A stretch of DNA of 36,035 bases from Deltaproteobacteria bacterium (GTDB lineage: Bacteria > Desulfobacterota > Desulfuromonadia > Desulfuromonadales > JAAYDE01), in NCBI GenBank assembly GCA_017552515.1, contig JAFZPK010000125.1, positions 1 through 36,035 on the forward strand. Direction: 5' to 3'. The notes beneath the pieces are model-generated. The model was not told the origin of the DNA. It saw only the letters and a list, made by a program, of their open reading frames with translations, and did not search any database. Shown here piece after piece: positions 1 to 9,548 of this stretch; the first letter of the stretch is position 1, and the number at the start of each line of letters is the position of its first letter. A program made the position numbers and the translations under genes.

Positions 1-48
1 AAGGCTGTATAATGTGGCCGGCAGACCAAATAAGGAGTAGATACGATT

Positions 49-1449
49 ATGACGTGCATCATCCCGGTTATCCTCTGCGGCGGCAGCGGTACACGCCTCT
101 GGCCCCTTTCGCGTGAGAACTATCCCAAGCAGTTCGTGGACATGGGCGGGGGCAGAACGCTCTTTGGTGACACGCTTGAGCGTGCGCTGCAGGTGGACGG
201 TGCTGCAGATCCTGTCGTTGTGTGCAATGAGGCACACCGCTTCTATGTAGCCGCCGAACTTTACAAACGCGGTGTGAAGGCCACGGTGCTGCTTGAGCCC
301 GAGGGGCGCAACACGGCACCGGCACTGGCCATGGCCGCCTTTGCCGCACTTGAACGGAACAGGGAGGCGCTTCTGCTCGCTCTGCCGTCTGACCACGCCC
401 TTGGTGATGTCCCGGTTTTTTTACAGGGCGTGAAAGAGGCTTCGGCCATTGCCTCGCAGGGTTATATCGTGACCTTTGGCATCAGACCCACAGGACCGGA
501 GACTGGTTTCGGCTACATAGAGCAGGGTGAAGGATTCCATGTGGCACGCTTCGTGGAAAAACCCGACAGGCAAAAAGCCGAGGCCATGCTTGCCTCTGGC
601 GGCCACTACTGGAACAGCGGCATGTTTGTCATGCCCGCACAGCTCTATATGGACGAACTCAAGACCCACGCGGTCGCAATGTTTACCCAATGTACCCGGG
701 CCTGGGCGGGCAGGGAGGCGGACGGGGCCTTTATTCGTCCCATGAAGGATGACTTCCTGCAATGTTCTTCGGATTCCATCGACTACGCGGTCATGGAACA
801 CACCAGCAGGGCCGCCGTGGTCCCTCTTGATCTTGCCTGGAGTGATCTCGGCTCCTGGGAAGCATTTTACGAAGCCGGCAAAAAGGACGCACAGGGCAAT
901 GTGACCAAGGGAGATGTGTTGCTGGAAGATGCCACTGGCTGCTACTGCAATGCCAGAAGCCGGTTGCTTGCCTGTATCGGTATGCGTGACATGCTGGTGG
1001 TGGAGACGCAGGATGCCGTGCTTGTGGCACCGAGAAAGGCTGCCCAGCGCGTTAAGGAAGTGGCCCTGCGTCTGCGTAATGAGGGCCGCAAGGAGTACAG
1101 GGAGCCCCCCCTGGTCTATCGGCCCTGGGGCAGCTACGAAATACTGGTGCAGGGGGAGCGCTTTCAGGTGAAGCGCATTGTGGTGCATCCAGGTGAGCAG
1201 CTCTCACTGCAGATGCACTACCACAGGGCAGAGCATTGGGTCGTGGTGAGCGGCACGGCAGAGGTGACCAAGGGGGAGGAGACCCGCCTCTATACCGAGA
1301 ACCAGTCCACCTACATTCCCGTGGGCACGAAGCATATGCTCAAGAATCCCGGGCTGATACCGCTTGTGCTCATTGAGATACAGTCAGGCACGTATCTGGG
1401 CGAGGATGACATCGTGCGCTTTGCCGATATGTACGGAAGAAAGGAATAA
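49..1449 (+). CDS. manC: bifunctional mannose-1-phosphate guanylyltransferase / mannose-6-phosphate isomerase
   Basis: 466-aa ORF. N-terminal nucleotidyltransferase motif 'PVILCGGSGTRLWPLSR'. C-terminal cupin motif 'QMHYHRAEHWVVVSG'. aaggag lies upstream of the ATG. Confidence 0.9.
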   Translation: MTCIIPVILCGGSGTRLWPLSRENYPKQFVDMGGGRTLFGDTLERALQVDGAADPVVVCNEAHRFYVAAELYKRGVKATVLLEPEGRNTAPALAMAAFAALERNREALLLALPSDHALGDVPVFLQGVKEASAIASQGYIVTFGIRPTGPETGFGYIEQGEGFHVARFVEKPDRQKAEAMLASGGHYWNSGMFVMPAQLYMDELKTHAVAMFTQCTRAWAGREADGAFIRPMKDDFLQCSSDSIDYAVMEHTSRAAVVPLDLAWSDLGSWEAFYEAGKKDAQGNVTKGDVLLEDATGCYCNARSRLLACIGMRDMLVVETQDAVLVAPRKAAQRVKEVALRLRNEGRKEYREPPLVYRPWGSYEILVQGERFQVKRIVVHPGEQLSLQMHYHRAEHWVVVSGTAEVTKGEETRLYTENQSTYIPVGTKHMLKNPGLIPLVLIEIQSGTYLGEDDIVRFADMYGRKE

Positions 1450-1503
1450 TGTTTTCTGAGGTGCTTTCCTGCAAAACGAAGGAATCGTGCGCCGGACTTC
1501 AAG

Positions 1504-1526
1504 GCCAGGATTGCCCTGGCTGTTTT
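1504..1526 (+). terminator. weak intrinsic terminator after manC
   Basis: gccagg-attgc-cctggc hairpin followed by tgttttg. Confidence 0.35.
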
Positions 1527-1587
1527 GAGCAGCAGCAAAACCGAGGCCAAATTGTCTTGACCAAACACCCGCTCTAAGGAAAACCGC

Positions 1588-3741
1588 ATGCCCATATTTT
1601 CAAAAACCAGACAACTCCTCCAGATAGCACGCTTTTGCGCTCAGAAGGCCGCCAATCCAAGAAAGCTGGGCCACTACTGTTCCAAGTGCGCCGGCATCGT
1701 TCGCGAGCGTGGCTTAAAGGGCCTTTTGCAGACCCTGCAGTACAGATCGGCGGGACGCGCAGGCTGTTATACGCAGCCCCGGCCCCATATCCCCCTGCCG
1801 GCCTGCACTATTGAGGCTCCGCTCCCGCATCCGGAACTGCCGAGTTTTGAAAGCATAACGGTGTCCATCATCATCCCTGTCTACAATCAGTACAGGGTCA
1901 CACGCAGTTGCCTGGACTCCATCATACGTCACACAAAAGACGTATCCTATGAAGTTATTCTGGCCGATGACAATTCCTCCGATCAGACGAGGGATATTGC
2001 CGACGTTGTCAAAAACCTCATCGTTGTCAAAAATCCCGCTGACCGTGGTTTTCTGAATAATTGTAACCATGCGGCCAAACACGCCCGCGGTACCTATGTG
2101 CTCTTCCTGAATAACGACACCATCGTCACGGATGGGTGGCTTCCGGAGCTAGTCAGAACCATGAAGGCCGATCCGCAAATTGGTCTCGTGGGACCGAAAT
2201 TCCTGGCGGACACCGGGGCCGTCATGGAGGCCGGCGGCATTGTCTTCCGTGACGCCTCTGCCTGGAACTATGGTCGCGGCATGCACCCGGAGATGCCGGG
2301 CGTCTGTTATCCAAGGGAAGTGGACTACATCAGCGGTGCCTGCATACTGTTGAAAACGGCACTCTGGAACGAGCTTGGCGGTTTTGATGCAACATTCGCC
2401 CCCTGTTACTATGAAGATACTGACCTGGCCTTCAGAGTACGCTATGAGAAGGACCTCAAGGTCCTCTATCAGCCAAAATCCGTTATCTACCACATGGAAG
2501 GCGTGAGCAACGGTACAAACGAAAGCACGGGTTTCAAACGTTACCAGGTCGTCAACCGCGAAAAGTTTTACCAAAAGTGGCGCACACAGCTCCATCAATG
2601 TCATACCAGAGGCGCAGACGAACTCTTTCTGGCCAAGGATCACGCAAAAACACGCAGGACAATGCTTGTCATCGACTACGGTCTTCTTTCCTACGCCGAA
2701 GACACGGGGTCCCGCTCCACCTTCCAGTACCTGCGCTATTTTGCGGGCAAGGGCTACAATACCAAGTTTCTTCCCAACGATCCTACCGTGAACAGAAAAT
2801 ATCTGCAGTCCCACTGCGACCTGGGGGTGGAGGTTGTGGAAAGCGAAGACCTGCACCAGTGGTTTGTGGACAACGGCCGCCACATTGACTTTGCCTATGT
2901 GAACAGGCCTGACGTTTGCGACGCCTACCTTGGGCTTCTCCATAAGTACAGCAATGCCACGGTGATCTATCAGGGACATGATCTGCACCATCTGCGCGAG
3001 TACCGCGAAGACATGTTGAAGCATCTGCCCAATGCGGAAAAGAAAATGCAGGCTCGCAAGGCATTCGAGCTTGGCGTGTGTGAGCGGGCCGACGTGGCCT
3101 GCTACTTTTCGGACACGGAAGTGCGGCTCGTCAATGCGGAAAGCCATGCCAATGCCGTGAAAGTACCCCTCTTCATCCTCAAGGCAGCGGGCATGCAAAA
3201 GTACCAGTACACACCAGAGAGCCGTAATGATATCGCCTTTGTGGGAGGCTACAACCATCCTCCCAACGTGGACGGTGCCCAATGGTTCATTGAAGAAATC
3301 TTGCCCCACTGCCCCGGTATCAAATTCTACGTTGTGGGCAGCAACCCGCCGAAAAGCCTGTGCAAGCTTGCTTCAGAAAACGTCATCGTCACGGGTACCA
3401 TCTCCGAAGAAGCGTTGGAGAATATCTACGCCAGCATCAGGCTTGCCGTTGTGCCCCTGCGTTACGGGGCAGGTGTCAAAGGGAAGATTATTGAGGCCAT
3501 ATACCACAAGGTGCCTGTGGTCACCACGACCATAGGCATTGAGGGAATTGACAACGGTTCGGGACTTGTTACCGTGGCAGACGAGCCGGCAGACTTCGCC
3601 AGGGAAACCGTACGTCTCTACAACGACGCCCAACTGCTTCTGGAAAAATCGCGTCTCTCGGAGACTTTCATCCGCGAACATTTCTCGGACACAGCCGTGA
3701 ACACGGCTCTTGGCCCTTATATGCCGGAATTGCTGCAGTAG
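1588..3741 (+). CDS. two-domain glycosyltransferase (GT2 domain followed by a GT1/GT4-like domain)
   Basis: 717 aa. GT2 signature 'VSIIIPVYNQ...ILADDNSSDQT...FLNNDT...YYEDTDLAFR'. The C-terminal third reads 'GTISEEALENIYASIRLAVVPLRYGAGVKGKIIEAIYHKVPVVTT', typical of GT-B retaining transferases. SD aaggaaa upstream. Confidence 0.75.
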   Translation: MPIFSKTRQLLQIARFCAQKAANPRKLGHYCSKCAGIVRERGLKGLLQTLQYRSAGRAGCYTQPRPHIPLPACTIEAPLPHPELPSFESITVSIIIPVYNQYRVTRSCLDSIIRHTKDVSYEVILADDNSSDQTRDIADVVKNLIVVKNPADRGFLNNCNHAAKHARGTYVLFLNNDTIVTDGWLPELVRTMKADPQIGLVGPKFLADTGAVMEAGGIVFRDASAWNYGRGMHPEMPGVCYPREVDYISGACILLKTALWNELGGFDATFAPCYYEDTDLAFRVRYEKDLKVLYQPKSVIYHMEGVSNGTNESTGFKRYQVVNREKFYQKWRTQLHQCHTRGADELFLAKDHAKTRRTMLVIDYGLLSYAEDTGSRSTFQYLRYFAGKGYNTKFLPNDPTVNRKYLQSHCDLGVEVVESEDLHQWFVDNGRHIDFAYVNRPDVCDAYLGLLHKYSNATVIYQGHDLHHLREYREDMLKHLPNAEKKMQARKAFELGVCERADVACYFSDTEVRLVNAESHANAVKVPLFILKAAGMQKYQYTPESRNDIAFVGGYNHPPNVDGAQWFIEEILPHCPGIKFYVVGSNPPKSLCKLASENVIVTGTISEEALENIYASIRLAVVPLRYGAGVKGKIIEAIYHKVPVVTTTIGIEGIDNGSGLVTVADEPADFARETVRLYNDAQLLLEKSRLSETFIREHFSDTAVNTALGPYMPELLQ

Positions 3742-3812
3742 ATTCATGCCCGGTTTGACCGTTTGGGGCATACGGTGATCCCGTTTAACGAGATCTGTCA
3801 GTGAAGAGTTCT

Positions 3813-4223
3813 TTACTGCTCCAGGTACGTTTTTATGCTTTCCCGGAAAGCGTTCACCTGTTCCTCTGTGTACTTTTTACCAGACTGGCTCTTTCCCCAA
3901 ACCACGCCGGGCCAGTACGGATCGGATTTCCAGCGTCCAATCACATGCATGTGCAGTTGGGGAACCATGTTGCCGATGAGGCCCAGATTGATTTTGTCGC
4001 AGTGCTGTTCGGTTTTCAGGCAGGAGGACAGCCTCTGGGTGAGCAATGCCAGTTTTTGCCGTGTTTCCTCTGGCAGTTCATGCCATTCGGTCAGGTTCGT
4101 TTCCGGAACCAGTATGAACCAGCGGACATGGGCATCACGGTGCAGGAGAACCCATATATCGTGCCATGTGCCCAAAATGTGGCAATCTTCCCGCAAGGTG
4201 CTGTGCAGCGAAAAACCGTTCAT
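3813..4223 (-). CDS. HIT (histidine triad) family hydrolase
   Basis: 136 aa with the triad 'PQLHMHVIGR'. The SD gaggac overlaps the stop of the upstream acyltransferase, so the two genes form an operon. Confidence 0.8.
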   Translation of the reverse strand: MNGFSLHSTLREDCHILGTWHDIWVLLHRDAHVRWFILVPETNLTEWHELPEETRQKLALLTQRLSSCLKTEQHCDKINLGLIGNMVPQLHMHVIGRWKSDPYWPGVVWGKSQSGKKYTEEQVNAFRESIKTYLEQ

Positions 4224-4232
4224 TCTTTGTCC

Positions 4233-5180
4233 TCAATAGCTTCGCCACCGGCGATGGACCCAAAACCACTGTATGGGATTATGGCGCACCGCCTGTTCAA
4301 TACTGGCGGTCAGCAGTTCGGTATTGCGGCGGATGGCTTCCTCTCCGGGTTCGTTTTTGAGCATGATGGGCGGCTCGACCCGCACCTCGTATCGAAAGTC
4401 GGGCGTTCGCCATGAGTAGACGGGGAGGATTGGAATCTGTTGCCGCATGGCAATCTTGGCGATTATTGGGGTAGTCCAGGCCTGCCGGCCGAAAAAGGTG
4501 ACCGGTACCGCCTCTTTGCGGGCCGTATGCTGATCCAGCAAAACAGCCACTCCGCGGCCCTCTGCCAGCGACCGCAGAATCTTTCGCGCCCCCTTGTGAC
4601 TGTCCAGCACCTGTCCACCATAGGCTTCCCGCAATCTGGTGATGAAGCGGTCGACCCACGGATTCTTTACCCTGCGGGCGACGACATCCAGCGGAAAACC
4701 GAACTGCGGGAAGAGAAAACCGCCGCTTTCCCAGTAACCCATATGGCCGGTCATGACCAGTACGCCGCGACGCAGGCCGTAGGCTTCCTCCACGTGCTCC
4801 CAACCGGTGAAGGAAAAATATCGTTCCACATCTTCCTTCCCATGGAACAGATCCACCCGCAGCAGTTCCACCGCGCTGATGCCCAAATGCTGGAACACGG
4901 CCCGCACATCCTGACGGATCTGTTGGTCTGAACGTTCGGGAAAAGCCTGCCGCAGATTGTCCTGCGCTGTCTTGCGCTGCTTGACCATGACCTTTTCGGC
5001 CAATCCGCCCAATGCGCGTCCTGTGGCGAGCGCGTGGGGGCGGGGAAGATGGCGGAAAAATGCTGCCGCGCCCCGGAACAGCGCGTATTCTACCGCATAA
5101 ACCGCCAGTTTGAAGATGCCTGGAGGATCAGCGGCTGCCGCGCTGCCGGCAGCAGGACGAAAAGGGAGGCGAAATTTCAT
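4233..5180 (-). CDS. lysophospholipid / lipid A (LpxL-HtrB family) acyltransferase
   Basis: 315 aa. HX4E motif 'TGHMGYWE', 'VLLDQH', and the C-terminal 'QWFWVHRRWR' typical of lauroyl/myristoyl acyltransferases. Confidence 0.8.
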   Translation of the reverse strand: MKFRLPFRPAAGSAAAADPPGIFKLAVYAVEYALFRGAAAFFRHLPRPHALATGRALGGLAEKVMVKQRKTAQDNLRQAFPERSDQQIRQDVRAVFQHLGISAVELLRVDLFHGKEDVERYFSFTGWEHVEEAYGLRRGVLVMTGHMGYWESGGFLFPQFGFPLDVVARRVKNPWVDRFITRLREAYGGQVLDSHKGARKILRSLAEGRGVAVLLDQHTARKEAVPVTFFGRQAWTTPIIAKIAMRQQIPILPVYSWRTPDFRYEVRVEPPIMLKNEPGEEAIRRNTELLTASIEQAVRHNPIQWFWVHRRWRSY

Positions 5181-5350
5181 GTTGTCAAAAATTTCCCCGG
5201 GCGTTCAAAGTTCAGGACGGATGGCCTTCTATTGCTAGATCTGGACAAAGTAGATTCCCGCCATGATGACTACGGTAGTGAAGGCGATTTTGATGAAACG
5301 CCACATGTTTGCCTCTTCTCCTCGAAAAGTTGAGAGTTGGAATTGACGGA

Positions 5351-7066
5351 TTATTCGTCGTTATCATTGTCCGGTGCAGCATCCGGTGCCTTGCCGGCCG
5401 CAAGCTCCCGCAACACATTGCGGCGGATTTTGCCGGAATGGGTTTTGGGCAATTCTTCCACGAATTCTATCTGCCGCGGATACTTGTACGGCGCGGTAAT
5501 CTTCTTGACGTGGTTCTGAATGTCAACGCCCAGCTTTTCGGAAGGAACAATGCCGGGCTTCAGAACGACGTATGCCTTGATAACGATGCCGCGAATGGCA
5601 TCCGGAACGCCGACCACCGCCGCTTCCTTGACGTCCTTGTGGGTGAGCAGGGCGCTTTCCACCTCGAACGGGCTGATGCGGTAACCGGAACTCTTGATAA
5701 CGTCGTCGTCGCGGCCGACAAACCAGTAGTAGCCATCCTCATCGCGGTAGGCCTTGTCGCCCGTGTAGTAGCAGTTGTTGGCAAACGCTTTTTGGGTGGC
5801 CGCGTCATCGTCATCGTAGTATTTCACCAGGCCCACCGGACGGGGATCCAGGCGAACGGCTATTCTCCCCTGTTCATTGTCACCCACCGGATTGCCCTGC
5901 TCGTCGTGCAGTTCGATATGCCATCCCGGAGATGGGCGGCCCATGGAGCCGGGCTTGATGCGGGCTCCCGGGAAGTTGGCGATCATGCAGCAGGTTTCCG
6001 TCTGGCCGTATCCTTCGTGAATGTCGAGGCCGGTTCCCTCTTTCCAGACGCGCATGGTTTCCGGATTGAGCGGCTCGCCCGCCGAGCAGCAGTGACGCAG
6101 GCTCCGCAGATCGAAACGTTTCAGATCCGCCAGCACCAGCATCCGGTACACGGTGGGAGGGGCGCAGAACACGGAAACCTCGTAGCGTTCAATGAGTGGC
6201 AAAATCTCGGTTGGCACAAATTTGCCTCGGATATCATAGACGAACAGACAGGCTCCTTCGATCCATTGGCCGAAGATTTTTCCCCAGGCGCATTTGGCCC
6301 ATCCGGTGTCGGTCAGGGAGAGGTGCAGATCGTCGGAGCGGGTATCCTGCCAGAAGCGGGCGGTCACCTGATGCCCCAGCGGATAACTGTAGTCGTGCAG
6401 GGCCATTTTGGGTTCGCTGGTGGTGCCGGAGGTGAAGTAGATCAGCATCGGATCCGTGGAACGGGTACGGATACGCTCGAACGAGCTGACCGTGTCACGG
6501 GACACCGGGGCGGGCAGCAGCAGTTCCTTCTGGTAGTTGAACCAGCCCTTACGATCGCCGGAAACCAGGCAGCGCACTCCGAGGGTCGGGCAGTCATTGG
6601 CCACCGCGTCGATCTTCGGGGCGTTTTCCTCGTCGGTGATCACCATTTTGAAACGTCCCGCCCGGATGCGGTACAGAAGGTCGTTGGAGGTCAGCAGGGT
6701 CGGTACCGGGCAGACGATGGCGCCCAGCTTGAACAGGGCCAGCATGAAGATCCACCATTCCGGAATGCGGTGCAGCATGATGAGGACCCGGGTTCCCGGC
6801 TGGATGCTGTACTTCAGGAAGATGTTGGCGGCTTCGTTGGAGGCATTGCGGAAATCGCGGAACGTCAGTTTTCTTTCGTTGCCCTGCTGATCAACCCAGA
6901 TCATGGCAAGCTTGTTGCGGTCGTATTCGGCCCATTTGTCCACGACATCATAGGCGAAGTTGTAGTATTCCGGCGGTTCTATGGAAAAATCTTCACAGGT
7001 TTTTTCATAGTTTCTGATATTGCCCCGTTTGCAATAGAGATTGATGGCACTGTTTCTTTGGATCAT
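5351..7066 (-). CDS. AMP-forming acyl-CoA synthetase (medium-chain/ACSM-like)
   Basis: AMP-binding motif 'YFTSGTTSEPK', plus 'GYGQTE', 'YYTGDKAYRDEDGYYWFVGRDDDVIK' and the C-terminal 'SGKIRR'. The ORF is open to 7171, but only the ATG at 7066 has a spaced SD (ggag + 7 nt). Confidence 0.85.
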   Translation of the reverse strand: MIQRNSAINLYCKRGNIRNYEKTCEDFSIEPPEYYNFAYDVVDKWAEYDRNKLAMIWVDQQGNERKLTFRDFRNASNEAANIFLKYSIQPGTRVLIMLHRIPEWWIFMLALFKLGAIVCPVPTLLTSNDLLYRIRAGRFKMVITDEENAPKIDAVANDCPTLGVRCLVSGDRKGWFNYQKELLLPAPVSRDTVSSFERIRTRSTDPMLIYFTSGTTSEPKMALHDYSYPLGHQVTARFWQDTRSDDLHLSLTDTGWAKCAWGKIFGQWIEGACLFVYDIRGKFVPTEILPLIERYEVSVFCAPPTVYRMLVLADLKRFDLRSLRHCCSAGEPLNPETMRVWKEGTGLDIHEGYGQTETCCMIANFPGARIKPGSMGRPSPGWHIELHDEQGNPVGDNEQGRIAVRLDPRPVGLVKYYDDDDAATQKAFANNCYYTGDKAYRDEDGYYWFVGRDDDVIKSSGYRISPFEVESALLTHKDVKEAAVVGVPDAIRGIVIKAYVVLKPGIVPSEKLGVDIQNHVKKITAPYKYPRQIEFVEELPKTHSGKIRRNVLRELAAGKAPDAAPDNDNDE

Positions 7067-7300
7067 GCTTGCGCTCCGCAAAGTGGTTTTCTTTTGCTGT
7101 ACATGGGAAAATGCCGCCCCGTCACAGGAAGATGACGATTTTGACATGCTCCCGTCGAAAACCCCAAACATATAGAAATATCTTTCTTATGGCAAACAAA
7201 AAGACCGGGCGTAGTGCGGGATGCGATTTTTGCCCGAAGCAGTACCTCCGGCAGGGGCATGAAAAGCGTCCATCGGGAGGGCCCGTTCTGCTTTAAGCGG

Positions 7301-7330
7301 TTGCCAGCTCAGGAGTTCTTTCACTATAAT
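7301..7330 (+). promoter_or_regulatory. candidate sigma70 promoter for the protease gene
   Basis: TTGCCA (7301-7306), an 18-nt spacer, then a perfect TATAAT (7325-7330). Confidence 0.45.
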
Positions 7331-7457
7331 GTACTATTTGGAGAGTTGGGTTTGCCGGAAACTTTCGAAAGCCGTGTTGTCTTTGTGCTGTAAGGCGGAT
7401 TTTTCCTGGCAGACGTGCGGCTCTTGCGCCCATCCATTTTCAGGAAATGATACAACT

Positions 7458-9548
7458 ATGAAAGCACCTGTCCAGATCCTTGTCTCGGCTCTGACCGCCT
7501 TTTTCCTTGTGGTTTCCACACTTGCCGCCGCGCCGGCATCCGACAACGACGAAGAACGGACGAGAATTTTGAGCCGTGTTCTGTGGCAACAGTTGACCCG
7601 TCTGCATTTCGTCCGGAAAAATTTTAACGACCAACTGTCCCGCGAGGCCTTTGGGCTCTTTCTTGAGCAGGTTGACGGCCAGAAACGTTTTCTGACCGAG
7701 CCGGATGTCCAGGAGCTGCGGCGTTATGAAACGCGTATTGATGACGAAATGTTGACGGGGCGGATTAATCTGCCGGAAGTTTGTGCGCAGCTCATGCGTG
7801 CCCGGGTGGAAAAAGTGGAGAAAATGGTGGAGGAACTGCTGAAAGGTGGTTTCCACCCAGGCCAGGACGAGGAGCTGGAAACCGATCCGCAGAAGCGGTT
7901 GTTCTGCGCCAACGACCAGGAGCTGAAGGAGCGCTGGCGCCTGCTGCTGAAGTACAGCATTCTGCTCAACTACGTCAATCTTGCCAAGGAGAAGAAGGAT
8001 GAGCAGGCTTTGGCGGGCGAGAAGCTGGATCCGGTGCTGTGGTCGGCCGCCCTGGAACAGACCAGGAAAAGCTGCCGCAGCATGTTTTCGCGCATGAAGA
8101 AGCAGGATATGCATGCCTTCCGGGTGTCCTACCTGAACGCGGTCACCCGGGCCTTCGATCCCCATACCAGCTACATGGATCCCAGTACCGAGGAAGAATT
8201 CGGCATCAGCATGAAGGGCTCGCTGGAAGGCATTGGCGCCAGCTTGCGCGAGGATGACAGCTACATCAAGGTGGTCGAGATTATTCCGGGCAGCGCCGCG
8301 GCCCGTCAGGGGCAGCTGGCCAAGGAGGATATCATCCTGAAGGTCGCGCAGGAAACCGGGGAGCCGGTGGATCTCTCGGAGATGCGGCTTCAGGATGCGG
8401 TCAAGCTGATTCGCGGCCCCAAGGGAACGGAGGTGCGGCTGTTTGTGAGGAAACCAAACGGCGACATGGTGACGATTCCGATAGTGCGCGACGTGGTCAA
8501 CATTGAGGAAACCTTCGTCAAGGGGGCGTTGCTGCATGAGAACCGCCCGGAGAACCGCTCTTTCGGCTATATCAAGATTCCGTCGTTCTACCGGGATCTG
8601 AGCGCTTCCGGTTTCGGCCGCGATGGGCGCAACGTTTCGGATGATTTCCATGCCGCCCTGGAGGATCTGAAACAGAAGGGGATGGAAGGGCTGATAGTGG
8701 ATCTGCGCGATAACGGCGGCGGAGCCCTGCAGGACACGATCAACATTACCGGCATGTTCATTGAAGGTGGACCGGTCGTGCAGATCAAGGACTACCGGGG
8801 CCTGATACGTCCGATGTACTCTTTTGAGGAAGAGGCGGAATTCACCGGGCCGGTGGTCGTTCTGGTCAACAAATTCAGCGCCTCGGCTTCCGAGATCCTG
8901 GCGGCGGCCCTTCAGGATTACGGGCGCGCGATCATCATTGGCGGCGATCATACGCACGGCAAGGGAACCGTACAGACGCTTATCGATCTGGATCAGAACG
9001 TGTTGACCCGCAATGTGGCCCGGTACGGCCCCTTTGGCGCCCTCAAGCTCACCGTCCAGAAATTTTACCGCATTAACGGTGATTCCACCCAGTACCGTGG
9101 CGTCATTCCCGACATCATCCTGCCGGATCGATTGTCACCGCTGGAAACCGGCGAACGTTATATGAAATATTCCCTTCCCTGGGACCGCATTGAACCGGTG
9201 TCGTATACCCAGTGGTCGCTGCGGCCCAACCTCGGGGAACTGCAGCGGGAAAGCCTGGCGCGGGTGCGCAAGAGCACGGCTTTTGCCGCCATTTCCAAGG
9301 AGATCTCCCTGGAAAAGGAGAAGATCGCCAACACGAGGCGTTCGCTGAACCTGAAGACAATGCTGAAAGAGATGAAAGAAGTGGAGCAGCTGGAAAAGGA
9401 ACCGGTACCCTGCTATGACTACACCGTGCAGGAGACCGGAACCGCCGATACGCAGCGGGAGGAAAAACAGCGTTTGCCCTATCAGCTGGTGCGGGATCCC
9501 TACGTTCAGGAAGCCTTCTTTGTTTTGGAAAGCCTGACGGCTCCATGA
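7458..9548 (+). CDS. prc: tail-specific (C-terminal processing) protease, S41 family
   Basis: The start was chosen at 'MKAPVQILVSALTAFFLVVSTLAAAPA', which is a signal peptide. PDZ region present. S41 core 'LRDNGGGAL', 'VVLVNKFSASASEILAAALQDYGRAIIIG', 'THGKGTVQT'. Confidence 0.85.
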   Translation: MKAPVQILVSALTAFFLVVSTLAAAPASDNDEERTRILSRVLWQQLTRLHFVRKNFNDQLSREAFGLFLEQVDGQKRFLTEPDVQELRRYETRIDDEMLTGRINLPEVCAQLMRARVEKVEKMVEELLKGGFHPGQDEELETDPQKRLFCANDQELKERWRLLLKYSILLNYVNLAKEKKDEQALAGEKLDPVLWSAALEQTRKSCRSMFSRMKKQDMHAFRVSYLNAVTRAFDPHTSYMDPSTEEEFGISMKGSLEGIGASLREDDSYIKVVEIIPGSAAARQGQLAKEDIILKVAQETGEPVDLSEMRLQDAVKLIRGPKGTEVRLFVRKPNGDMVTIPIVRDVVNIEETFVKGALLHENRPENRSFGYIKIPSFYRDLSASGFGRDGRNVSDDFHAALEDLKQKGMEGLIVDLRDNGGGALQDTINITGMFIEGGPVVQIKDYRGLIRPMYSFEEEAEFTGPVVVLVNKFSASASEILAAALQDYGRAIIIGGDHTHGKGTVQTLIDLDQNVLTRNVARYGPFGALKLTVQKFYRINGDSTQYRGVIPDIILPDRLSPLETGERYMKYSLPWDRIEPVSYTQWSLRPNLGELQRESLARVRKSTAFAAISKEISLEKEKIANTRRSLNLKTMLKEMKEVEQLEKEPVPCYDYTVQETGTADTQREEKQRLPYQLVRDPYVQEAFFVLESLTAP

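Noticed and set aside
2149-3309. Long antisense ORFs here, and likewise at 7440-8957, 25971-27020, 27853-29001, 31955-33196 and 34914-35936
   Set aside because: Each lies opposite a gene with unambiguous family motifs and yields Arg/Gly/Pro/His-rich sequence with no start-site support.
5309-7135. 608-aa plus-strand ORF
   Set aside because: It is the mirror image of the acyl-CoA synthetase gene. Its product is Arg/Gly/Val/His-rich with no motifs, while the minus-strand product has complete AMP-binding signatures. This is a typical antisense ORF of GC-rich DNA.
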